Source: Candidatus Saccharimonadota bacterium
GTDB taxonomy: Bacteria > Patescibacteriota > Saccharimonadia > Saccharimonadales > Saccharimonadaceae
Direction: 5' to 3'
NCBI GenBank assembly: GCA_905371595.1
Contig: CAJPLU010000001.1
Span: forward strand, 9,158-73,157
Length of the DNA: 64,000 bases
The first letter of the stretch is position 1. Every line of letters starts with the position of its first letter. The notes under the pieces are model-generated. The model worked only from the letters and a program-made list of their open reading frames with translations, made no database searches and was not told where the DNA came from. Below are positions 19,840-27,891 of this stretch, one piece after another. Position numbers and translations under genes: made by a program.

Positions 19840-21951
19840 CTACAGCTTCTCGAGGTGGGCGTATTCAACGTTGAGCTTTTTGACAGCACCGTTATCGAAC
19901 TTCACGCTAACTGCTAAGCCGTCAATGTCAATGATCTCGCCATCGCCAAATTGCAGCGAGCGCACTCGATCGCCAATATCATAGTTCATCACCGGCTCGT
20001 CAAAATCATTATAAGCCGGACTCGAATCAATAGCGTTAGGTTCAACCGCGAACAATCCCATACCCATATCGTCGAGAAAACGCGACGGCTGATTGTACGA
20101 TCGCAAGCCGAATTGCGCACGGCTCTGCGCGTACAACAGATATAACTCTTCACGCGCCCGCGTCATACCCACGTAGCACAAGCGCCGCTCCTCCTCGAGA
20201 TTGCGCGGACCCTCTTCAAGCGCTCGCTCACTCGGAAACAAGCCATCCTCCATACCGACCATGAAAACCACCGGAAATTCCAGTCCCTTAGCGGCATGCA
20301 AGGTCATTAATGTGACCTTTTCACCATCACTTTGCTGATCGACGCTGCTCATTAGTGCTGCCTCTTCGAGAAAGTCTGGCAACGTCGCGAAAGATTTAGC
20401 GTCCGCTATGAGCACGCTCAGATTATCATCACGCTCTTCAGCCTGTGGCGTTCCGTCCATGACATAATCTCGATAAGCAATCTTTTCAATTAGCTTTTCA
20501 ATAATATCGCTTGGGCTAGTATCAGAAAGAATAAGCGCCTGCAATTCGCGTAGAATCTCACCCAGACGCAGCAACGATTTTTTGGCGCGCGGCGTCAAAA
20601 CGCTAGTTTGCTCGACATTCACCAGCGAAGCGATAATATCCATATTGTTATCGTTTTGCCATCGTAAAAATTTCTCTAGACTGGTCGCACCGATACCGCG
20701 CGCTGGCACATTCGCAATTCGGCTAAAGCTCATCCGGTCGTTCGGTTGATATAATAAACGCAAATAGGCGATAATATCCTTGATTTCTTTGCGATCATAA
20801 AAGCGCACGCCGCCAACCAATTGATATGGAATTCTTTGCTGCATGAAGGCACGTTCAAAAGCAAAGCTCTGCGCATTAGTACGATACAATACTGCAAAAT
20901 CACCGTAGCGGCGAGCACCAATCGAGGTTTGAGCCGCAATACGGCTTGCCACCACGTAAGCTTCTTCGGACTCATCGCGTACCGCCTGGACTTGTACTGG
21001 CGCACCGTTGCCAGCCGCCGTCCAGAGTTTCTTGTCAGTCCGTTCGACATTCTTGGCAATGACCTTTTGCGCCGCCTCTAGGATAGCACCTGTTGAACGA
21101 TAGTTTTGTTCCAGTTTAATCACCTTTGCGCCAGGAAAGTCCCGTTCAAAATTAAGAATATTTTTGAAATCCGCCCCGCGCCAGCTATAGATTGATTGCC
21201 AATCATCGCCAACTACGCAAATATTACGTGCATCGTTGACTAGATATTTAACGATAGCATACTGCGCAGCGTTAGTGTCTTGGTATTCGTCAATAAGGAT
21301 ATGCTTGAAATACTGGCGATACTTTTGGCGAATTTCACTGGCATCGCGCAGCAAACGTACCGTCTCGATCAACAAATCATCGAAATCTAGCGCGCCAGCC
21401 TCGCTGCGTAGTTGCTCGTATCTATCATAAATCTTAGCGATATGCTGCTGATTCGGATATTGCGCCGCTGCCGCGTAATCATCTGGCGTAAGTAAATCAT
21501 TTTTAGCGTTAGAAATTGCCGCGCTAACAGAACGTGGTTTGAGTTTATCAGGAGCAATTGACAGCTGTTTCATCGCTTGCTTGATCAATCCTTGACGGTC
21601 GGCTTCATCATAAATAATAAAATTCGACGGCACGCCAATCGCCGGCCCATCGCGCCGCAAAATTCGCACGCAAATCCCGTGAAATGTACCCATCCACGGC
21701 ATGAATTGCCGCGTATTAGGCTGATCGATCAAAGCCGCCAAGCGCTCGCGCATCTCGCGAGCCGCTTTATTAGTAAATGTCACTGCCAAAATTTCGTTCG
21801 GCCAGACTCTTTCGTGTGTCAATAGATAAGCTATCCGGTGAGTTAAAGTTTTGGTTTTACCACTGCCAGCGCCCGCCAAAACCAACAACGGACCGTCCGT
21901 ATAAGCGACAGCTGCTTTCTGCGCGTCATTAAGACCATCAAATATATCCAT
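19840..21951 (-). CDS. pcrA: ATP-dependent DNA helicase PcrA/UvrD
   Basis: AGAGSGKT, TFTNKAA, DEYQDTN, VGDDWQSIYSWRGA, MTLHAAKGLEF, EERRLCYVGMTRA and C-terminal Tudor-like domain. Start is either ATG 21960 or ATG 21951; the latter lies 7 nt after TATAAT. Confidence 0.96.
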   Translation of the reverse strand: MDIFDGLNDAQKAAVAYTDGPLLVLAGAGSGKTKTLTHRIAYLLTHERVWPNEILAVTFTNKAAREMRERLAALIDQPNTRQFMPWMGTFHGICVRILRRDGPAIGVPSNFIIYDEADRQGLIKQAMKQLSIAPDKLKPRSVSAAISNAKNDLLTPDDYAAAAQYPNQQHIAKIYDRYEQLRSEAGALDFDDLLIETVRLLRDASEIRQKYRQYFKHILIDEYQDTNAAQYAIVKYLVNDARNICVVGDDWQSIYSWRGADFKNILNFERDFPGAKVIKLEQNYRSTGAILEAAQKVIAKNVERTDKKLWTAAGNGAPVQVQAVRDESEEAYVVASRIAAQTSIGARRYGDFAVLYRTNAQSFAFERAFMQQRIPYQLVGGVRFYDRKEIKDIIAYLRLLYQPNDRMSFSRIANVPARGIGATSLEKFLRWQNDNNMDIIASLVNVEQTSVLTPRAKKSLLRLGEILRELQALILSDTSPSDIIEKLIEKIAYRDYVMDGTPQAEERDDNLSVLIADAKSFATLPDFLEEAALMSSVDQQSDGEKVTLMTLHAAKGLEFPVVFMVGMEDGLFPSERALEEGPRNLEEERRLCYVGMTRAREELYLLYAQSRAQFGLRSYNQPSRFLDDMGMGLFAVEPNAIDSSPAYNDFDEPVMNYDIGDRVRSLQFGDGEIIDIDGLAVSVKFDNGAVKKLNVEYAHLEKL

Positions 21952-21969
21952 CACACTCATTATATCGCG

Positions 21970-23475
21970 TTAATAGCGAGTCAAGAAGAAATAGCCGGCG
22001 CCCGCCAGCGCACCCAAAGCCAAGAATACTATAATCACCAAAAACCATTTCAAGCCTGAATGGCGCGATTGCTTATGTTTCTTATCGTCTTTGAATTCAG
22101 TGTAATACTCAGAAGTGTCATAAATAGCGCCTGACTCAATTTCGTCGATGGTTTGCTCGCGAGGCGGATCTGGTTCTGTAGTAGCGGACTGTACAGGCGA
22201 ATCTACCGTCTGATTTGTCAGAGATTCAGCTAGTTGCTCGGGTTGCTCGCTCGTATCTTCTACATTAGCAACAGGAGCTTCGGCAGCAGGAGGATTAGTA
22301 GTTTTTTCAACAGGCTTTGGCTTGCCGCCAATTGGCATAAACCGATGTTTTTTAATGGCTGGCGCGTCTTGTATTCTAGCGTCATCTTCATCGTTTTCGG
22401 CTGAAGCGTCCTCAATTGATTGAATGTCGTTAGCTCGCGATTCTGCTTGCGAAAAGCCAATCTCGTTGCTAGCATCTTGCGCGTCTTTCTGTAGCGACTC
22501 AACAAGCTCGGCAGACGGTGCAATATCCCTACCGTGCGTACCGCCGATAGAATACGATCTTTTTTCGTTTTTGCTGTCGTCTGCCTCATCATAATCATTT
22601 TTGTCTTCAAAACCAGGATTAGACTGTGAAGCTTGAGACAATGCGCTGCTACCGTGAAAAACTCGCGATTCAGACGATTGCAGTTCGCTAGAAACGTTAT
22701 TTGTATTTGCTGCTACATTTTCGTTAGAACTAAACTGAGTAGAACTAGCAGCAAGACGCTGAGCGCTTCGCTGGCCAGTTGACCCTAATTGTTGAGACGA
22801 GCCGCCAGAAATATTAGATGACACATTACTTAACGACTGTGCCGGCATCGTAGAATACTTAACTTTGCTGGCGGGGTGTTTGCTGACACCTGGCTGCGAG
22901 CTAACTATGTCCATGAAACGGCCGCGACTCTTAGTCTTCATTTTTTTTGGTAGTCCTGATCGGACTGGCACAGCTCCGCCAATTGCCGCTACCTGCGGCG
23001 GTGTTGCGGCTTGTGGCAACGGCTGGGGAGCTGGCGATGGTATTGAACTATTTAGAGCTGAATTTTGAACAACAGTAGAAGCCTGAGAAGCGACCGACGC
23101 ACCAGCCGAAGTTGAAGTACCGTTTGTTGGCAAAGTCTGAACCTGAGCGGTAGACACCCCAACAGCTGGCTGTGCTGGAACTGCAGCCGAAACCGGTACG
23201 CTAGCTGTTGATAAAGATGAACTTGGCTGCTTAGCGACACCAACCGTTGCGGCCGGCGAGGGTGAAGCCGTCATATTCGCAACTGGACCAGGACCAGGAG
23301 CTAATTTACTAGGCTCAACTGAAACTGGCGCAGCATTAGAGGAAGGATTTGAAGGCGTAGAGACAGCCGGCGGTGTTGGCGCCTCAGTATGTTGGCCGTC
23401 CTCTTTTAATAATCCGCTCTTGGACATAGCCTCGGTAATTGAACGATCTAGCTCGTCGAAGTCGAATTCTGTCAT
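21970..23475 (-). CDS. Low-complexity, tail-anchored hypothetical protein
   Basis: 501 aa, S/P/A-rich then acidic, with a single TM at the extreme C-terminus. Confidence 0.75.
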   Translation of the reverse strand: MTEFDFDELDRSITEAMSKSGLLKEDGQHTEAPTPPAVSTPSNPSSNAAPVSVEPSKLAPGPGPVANMTASPSPAATVGVAKQPSSSLSTASVPVSAAVPAQPAVGVSTAQVQTLPTNGTSTSAGASVASQASTVVQNSALNSSIPSPAPQPLPQAATPPQVAAIGGAVPVRSGLPKKMKTKSRGRFMDIVSSQPGVSKHPASKVKYSTMPAQSLSNVSSNISGGSSQQLGSTGQRSAQRLAASSTQFSSNENVAANTNNVSSELQSSESRVFHGSSALSQASQSNPGFEDKNDYDEADDSKNEKRSYSIGGTHGRDIAPSAELVESLQKDAQDASNEIGFSQAESRANDIQSIEDASAENDEDDARIQDAPAIKKHRFMPIGGKPKPVEKTTNPPAAEAPVANVEDTSEQPEQLAESLTNQTVDSPVQSATTEPDPPREQTIDEIESGAIYDTSEYYTEFKDDKKHKQSRHSGLKWFLVIIVFLALGALAGAGYFFLTRY

Positions 23476-23477
23476 GG

Positions 23478-24263
23478 CTATTTACCTCTCTTTACTGGTA
23501 AGGATGACATATCTTCACATTTTTTGATAATACCAGCAAAAGCATAGACATCTAAACTTGATTCACCGATAAGCAAACCATTTACACCAGCTGTTTGCAA
23601 ATACGACATAGCGTTATCAAGGTTAACACTACCACCGTAAAGCACGCGGACATTCTCGGCGGCAACTTTACCGAAAAGATGCTCAATTTGCCGACGAATA
23701 TATTTAATGGCGCGTTCAACATCGCGCGGTGAAGCGAATTTACCAGTACCGATTGACCACACTGGCTCATAAGCTATAACAATCTGGCCAACCTCAACGC
23801 TCGTGATATTAGCTAGTCCTTCCACCAACTGATCGCGAATTACATCAGATGTTTCCTTGTTGGCTCGTTCTTGCGCTGTTTCACCAATACACAATACAGG
23901 CGTAATATTATTACGCACTGCCGCTTGCACTTTGCTGCGAATATCTTTACTGCGTTCAGCAAAGATATGCCGGCGCTCGCTGTGGCCAATTATGCCATAT
24001 TGTACGATACCGCGCAGCTGCGACGCTGATACTTCACCAGTGTAAGCACCGCTGTCACGCCAATAAAAGTTCTGCACTGCCAGGTTAAAGTGATGATGTT
24101 GCACCTGCATATTAAGCGGCTGGAGCGCTAACATAGTCGGTGCCAACACTACCTCAGTATTTTTGAGCTTGCCAACCAGCTTGTCGAGTTTATGAACATA
24201 CAAACTCGCCTCATTGACAGTGAGGTTCATTTTCCAGTTTGCAATAATAAGTTTCTTGCCCAC
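23478..24263 (-). CDS. tpiA: Triose-phosphate isomerase
   Basis: ANWKMN, GAYTGEVS, GHSERR, AYEPVWSIGTG, LYGGSV. Confidence 0.96.
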   Translation of the reverse strand: MGKKLIIANWKMNLTVNEASLYVHKLDKLVGKLKNTEVVLAPTMLALQPLNMQVQHHHFNLAVQNFYWRDSGAYTGEVSASQLRGIVQYGIIGHSERRHIFAERSKDIRSKVQAAVRNNITPVLCIGETAQERANKETSDVIRDQLVEGLANITSVEVGQIVIAYEPVWSIGTGKFASPRDVERAIKYIRRQIEHLFGKVAAENVRVLYGGSVNLDNAMSYLQTAGVNGLLIGESSLDVYAFAGIIKKCEDMSSLPVKRGK

Positions 24264-24337
24264 GTTTTATACTTGCTTATGTTTACCCTTGCGTCTAGTT
24301 TACTACAGTTATTAACGCTCGTCTAGTTTTTTGCGCG

Positions 24338-24363
24338 AAAACACCCCGCCAAAAGCGAGGTGT
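24338..24363 (-). terminator. Probable intrinsic terminator after pyk
   Basis: Imperfect stem acacc-ccgc / gcga-ggtgt with a T-run on the minus strand. Confidence 0.5.
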
Positions 24364-24382
24364 CTCTTAAACTTTACTGCTT

Positions 24383-25810
24383 TTACTCAACAACACGCAC
24401 ACGTAATGTGTCGGTACCGCCGGCTACACCCGACTGGCGGCCGCTGACAACAACCGCGGTCAATTTGTCGTCGCGCCCGAAAGTGCCCCAATCAAGCAAT
24501 TCTTTGGCTAATTTTGTACCAACATGCTCGCCCTCTTTACGCACATATGAGCGGGTAGCGTATGACAAAGCTAACTGTTGAGCCACACGCTTATTCGGCG
24601 TTACCGCAGCGATTGGCAGCTCTGGACGACAGGCAGCAATCCGCGCAGCCGTCGCGCCAGATTTAGTTTCGGCGATAATCACATCGGCGTCTACTTGGTT
24701 AGCTACTACTACCGCAGCATTAGCAATCGCATTACGGCGGCGGTTCTTCTCGCCATATTCAATCGGCATGTCATTCATCGGCCAGCGCGACTGTGTGTAG
24801 CGCACCGTCTTGGCCATCATTTTGACTGCCTCGGCAGGATAACTACCGTTAGCTGTCTCATCAGAAAGCATCACTACATCAGTACCAAGAATTACTGCTG
24901 TTGCTACATCACTAACTTCGGCGCGAGTCGGCTCTGGATTATCGACCATGCTGGCTAACATTTGCGTTGCCACTATTGATAGTTTACCGTATTTACGGCA
25001 CAAGCGAATTGCTTCGCGTTCGACAATCGGCACAATCTCAGGGCTAGTCTCGACCGCTAAGTCGCCGCGCGCGATCATCACGCCGTCAGCAGCTTTGACT
25101 ATTTCTTTGAGCGCTTCCATCTCGATAGCTGCTTTGGTCTCAACTTTCGCAATAATCTGCGCTGTTGAACCGTGGCTTAGCATAATCTGCCGTAAGTTAT
25201 TAATATCGTCTGCGCTCTGAATAAAACTGAGGGCTACAAAATCAATATCTTTATCGGCGCCAAACTCTACGTCAGCCAAATCTTTTGGCGTTAAAATATC
25301 GCCGCCAAAGTCGGTGTCTGGCAGATTCAAGCCTTTACGGCTCATCAAAAATCCATCGTTCAGAATACGAATCTTGATTGCTGTATCGCTAACCCGCTCA
25401 ATCATCTCGCCGCGAATCTTGCCATCGAACAAGTAAACTGGCTCACCAACCTTGACTTTGTTAGCTAAATTGTATTGAATCGGCAAATTCATACTGCCAT
25501 CGTGTTCTTGAATTGCATGATCGAGAACGATCTCGTCGCCAGCTTTAACATCTAAGTGGTTGTTCTTTAGAACGCCGAGACGAATTTTTGGTCCTTGTAA
25601 ATCCTGCAAGATTGCTACCGTTCGGCCAACTTCGGCGCTAGCATCACGAATCCATTTAATCTGATCTAGCCGTTCTTCGTACGATCCATGGCTAAAGTTC
25701 AAACGAAAGCCATTTGCGCCAGCTTCAATTAATTGTTTGATTTTCTCTGGTGAATTTGTGGCTGGCCCCAGAGTCGCCAGTATCTTAGTCCTTTTAAATG
25801 TATTACTCAT
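24383..25810 (-). CDS. pyk: Pyruvate kinase
   Basis: RTKILATLGPA, RLNFSHG, DLQGPKIR, IAKVET, MIARGDLAVE, ATQMLASM, MLSDETA. Confidence 0.97.
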   Translation of the reverse strand: MSNTFKRTKILATLGPATNSPEKIKQLIEAGANGFRLNFSHGSYEERLDQIKWIRDASAEVGRTVAILQDLQGPKIRLGVLKNNHLDVKAGDEIVLDHAIQEHDGSMNLPIQYNLANKVKVGEPVYLFDGKIRGEMIERVSDTAIKIRILNDGFLMSRKGLNLPDTDFGGDILTPKDLADVEFGADKDIDFVALSFIQSADDINNLRQIMLSHGSTAQIIAKVETKAAIEMEALKEIVKAADGVMIARGDLAVETSPEIVPIVEREAIRLCRKYGKLSIVATQMLASMVDNPEPTRAEVSDVATAVILGTDVVMLSDETANGSYPAEAVKMMAKTVRYTQSRWPMNDMPIEYGEKNRRRNAIANAAVVVANQVDADVIIAETKSGATAARIAACRPELPIAAVTPNKRVAQQLALSYATRSYVRKEGEHVGTKLAKELLDWGTFGRDDKLTAVVVSGRQSGVAGGTDTLRVRVVE

Positions 25811-25840
25811 AGATAGTTATTATACTCTAATGTGTTCCAC

Positions 25841-25870
25841 AAAAATAGTACGCCCAGACTAGGACGTACT
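25841..25870 (-). terminator. Probable intrinsic terminator between the islet and the pyk promoter
   Basis: agtacgccc / ggacgtact stem followed by a T-run on the minus strand. Confidence 0.5.
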
Positions 25871-26103
25871 TGACAAGTGCAAATTTATATTATATGGTGA
25901 ATGTCGTTGAATCGAATTGGAACGATATCCTTATGGAGCTCAGGCGGTGATATCGCCTTATGGGGGTTTATCTCTGGCGTAACGTATTTGTTACAGTGAT
26001 GGAACTAGTCAAGATATTATCTACCGACAAGCATTGCTTGTGCTTTAAGTATACGATGTCAATTATAGAACCTTACAGAGATAAAACCAAATTTGGCCAT
26101 CGC

Positions 26104-26538
26104 TTAGTACGCTACACCACCATGATGCGAACACGCGCCTCGACCCATAGATGAACTACATGAACCATCGTTGCATGTTGTAATCGGACAATATTCTGCA
26201 TCGTATATGCCGCTCTTTGAAGAGTTAGAATCGTTTGAATACTGTTGATAGTTTGTCTCTGAGCGCTTATTACTTTTAACTTGACGTTGATGATTACTAT
26301 ATGTTGTCCATACGATCAATCCACCTATAATAACCACCCAAAATAGTATTTTGCCCCAATTGTTAAGAAATGAATCAAGTCGCTCTCTTCGTCTAACTTG
26401 TTTACCTAATTTTATATACTCAGGGATGTAACAGTACTCTATACTGACTGTATCATCCAACGGTTTTTTGTGTTTTTTCTTGTATCCATCGCTAATTAGT
26501 TTGCTAATCGGAGGGCTAAATCTTACTCGTATATTCAT
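26104..26538 (-). CDS. Membrane protein with C-terminal DUF3761-like Cys/His motif
   Basis: One TM and C-terminal CNDGSCSSSMGRGACSHHGGV. Confidence 0.7.
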   Translation of the reverse strand: MNIRVRFSPPISKLISDGYKKKHKKPLDDTVSIEYCYIPEYIKLGKQVRRRERLDSFLNNWGKILFWVVIIGGLIVWTTYSNHQRQVKSNKRSETNYQQYSNDSNSSKSGIYDAEYCPITTCNDGSCSSSMGRGACSHHGGVAY

Positions 26539-26540
26539 GA

Positions 26541-27335
26541 CTATCTATGAATTCTGATAACTCGCACCTGATTTTCGTAGGTAACTTTTAGGTCTATATT
26601 TTCTTCGGACTTACGAATATCAGCAGAGATGCTGCCAGCGCGCTCCAATCCCTTGTTGATGTCACCACCGAGACTACTTACAAAGTATGGCTTATATGGT
26701 ATATACTCACGTTCGCTCGTATAAATTGGTCCGGGCACATCCAGTACCTTCTCAAGCTCTTTAGATTTGTATTGGGCACCTAACGGGAAAAACTGGTTAC
26801 CCTTGAATGCACTTATCTGCTCGTCAAGTTTCCGTCCACTATCTAGCACTAGTTCAATCTTTAACTTAGTAGTGTCGATATTGTTAGTGGCGATAATCTT
26901 ATAGTCTATATGAAGGCGATCATTATTCTTTAAATATTCGTTGATAGTATTTCGTGAAAGATTACGTCGATTGCATATATCATAATCAGAAGGTCCAAGT
27001 TGAACCCAGGGAGCGTCAGGATCGTTATCCCAAGCTTTCCACCAAGTTCGCTCTCTCGACTGAGCAGTGCAATTTTCTTGTTTGTCGAGGCCACCATATT
27101 TTGTGATACTGTCTTTGTCAAGCGACAGGTCAACAGACTTAAACTCCGACTTTGTAATGTCTATCTTGAAGTTTGGCAAGCTAACAATATCATCTACAGA
27201 GTAAATCTTATCGGCTTGATAGTATTGGTAATACTGAAAGCCAAAATACCCGCCCGTTGCTAGTACTACTACTAGTATAGTACTTATAGCCAACCATTTT
27301 ACTAACGAATGTCTACTATTATTTTTAAGCTTCAC
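26541..27335 (-). CDS. Membrane-anchored hypothetical protein
   Basis: 264 aa with N-terminal TM; AGGAG Shine-Dalgarno upstream of the GTG start. Confidence 0.75.
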   Translation of the reverse strand: MKLKNNSRHSLVKWLAISTILVVVLATGGYFGFQYYQYYQADKIYSVDDIVSLPNFKIDITKSEFKSVDLSLDKDSITKYGGLDKQENCTAQSRERTWWKAWDNDPDAPWVQLGPSDYDICNRRNLSRNTINEYLKNNDRLHIDYKIIATNNIDTTKLKIELVLDSGRKLDEQISAFKGNQFFPLGAQYKSKELEKVLDVPGPIYTSEREYIPYKPYFVSSLGGDINKGLERAGSISADIRKSEENIDLKVTYENQVRVIRIHR

Positions 27336-27767
27336 TTCTTTTCTCCTTAAATTAAAAATGACACCACGCTTGGTGTCTAACCAGTAAATAGAGTATTAAG
27401 CCCTAATTTACTTCGCATGGTGCCATTTTGAAGGCTTAATACCACGCAAAGAAATTGCGGTACTCTATAAAACTGGTTAGACTTTTTTATTATATCAAAT
27501 ATCGTCGTAAGAATATGTCCATGTTGCCAAAATCGCCAGAGTTGCAGAACGCTAACCTTGCGTTTTAATTGAACAGATGAACTACATGGATACACCTGCC
27601 CGCATGCTGCAAAATGCTGACACGGAAAAAGTTATATTTCAAAAGATGGTTACCGAGAATAGCATTCTTTTAATCTTAAAAAGAAAAGTTTGGAACGTAC
27701 AGTTTGAGTATGTTTTACAGATTGAAGGACAAACAAAAAGACTCCAAAGAGCCTCTTGATTCCATAA

Positions 27768-27842
27768 TGGTGACCTTACCGGGAATCGAACCCGGATTGC
27801 CAGGATGAAAACCTGGTGTCCTAACCGTTAGACGATAAGGCC
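27768..27842 (-). tRNA. tRNA-Glu(UUC)
   Basis: Cloverleaf GGCCTTA...TAAGGTC-A-CCA; anticodon arm CCAGG-TT-TTC-AT-CCTGG. Confidence 0.96.
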
Positions 27843-27891
27843 ACGCTTACAGATATCTTAACAGATTAGCCTAATTTACGCAATAAACAAC

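Larger units (their letters stand above)
25895..27767. mobile_element. Degraded AT-rich islet at the 3' end of tRNA-Glu
   Basis: Visibly more AT-rich than the flanks and abuts the tRNA 3' end. The far boundary tggtga-N8-gaatcgaa (25895-25916) resembles tggtga-N9-gaatcgaa of the tRNA 3' end (27768-27790). No integrase present. Confidence 0.45.

Noticed and set aside
27377..27759. Short ORFs (72 aa and 60 aa) in the AT-rich gap
   Set aside because: No recognisable motifs or start signals, and they overlap on opposite strands.
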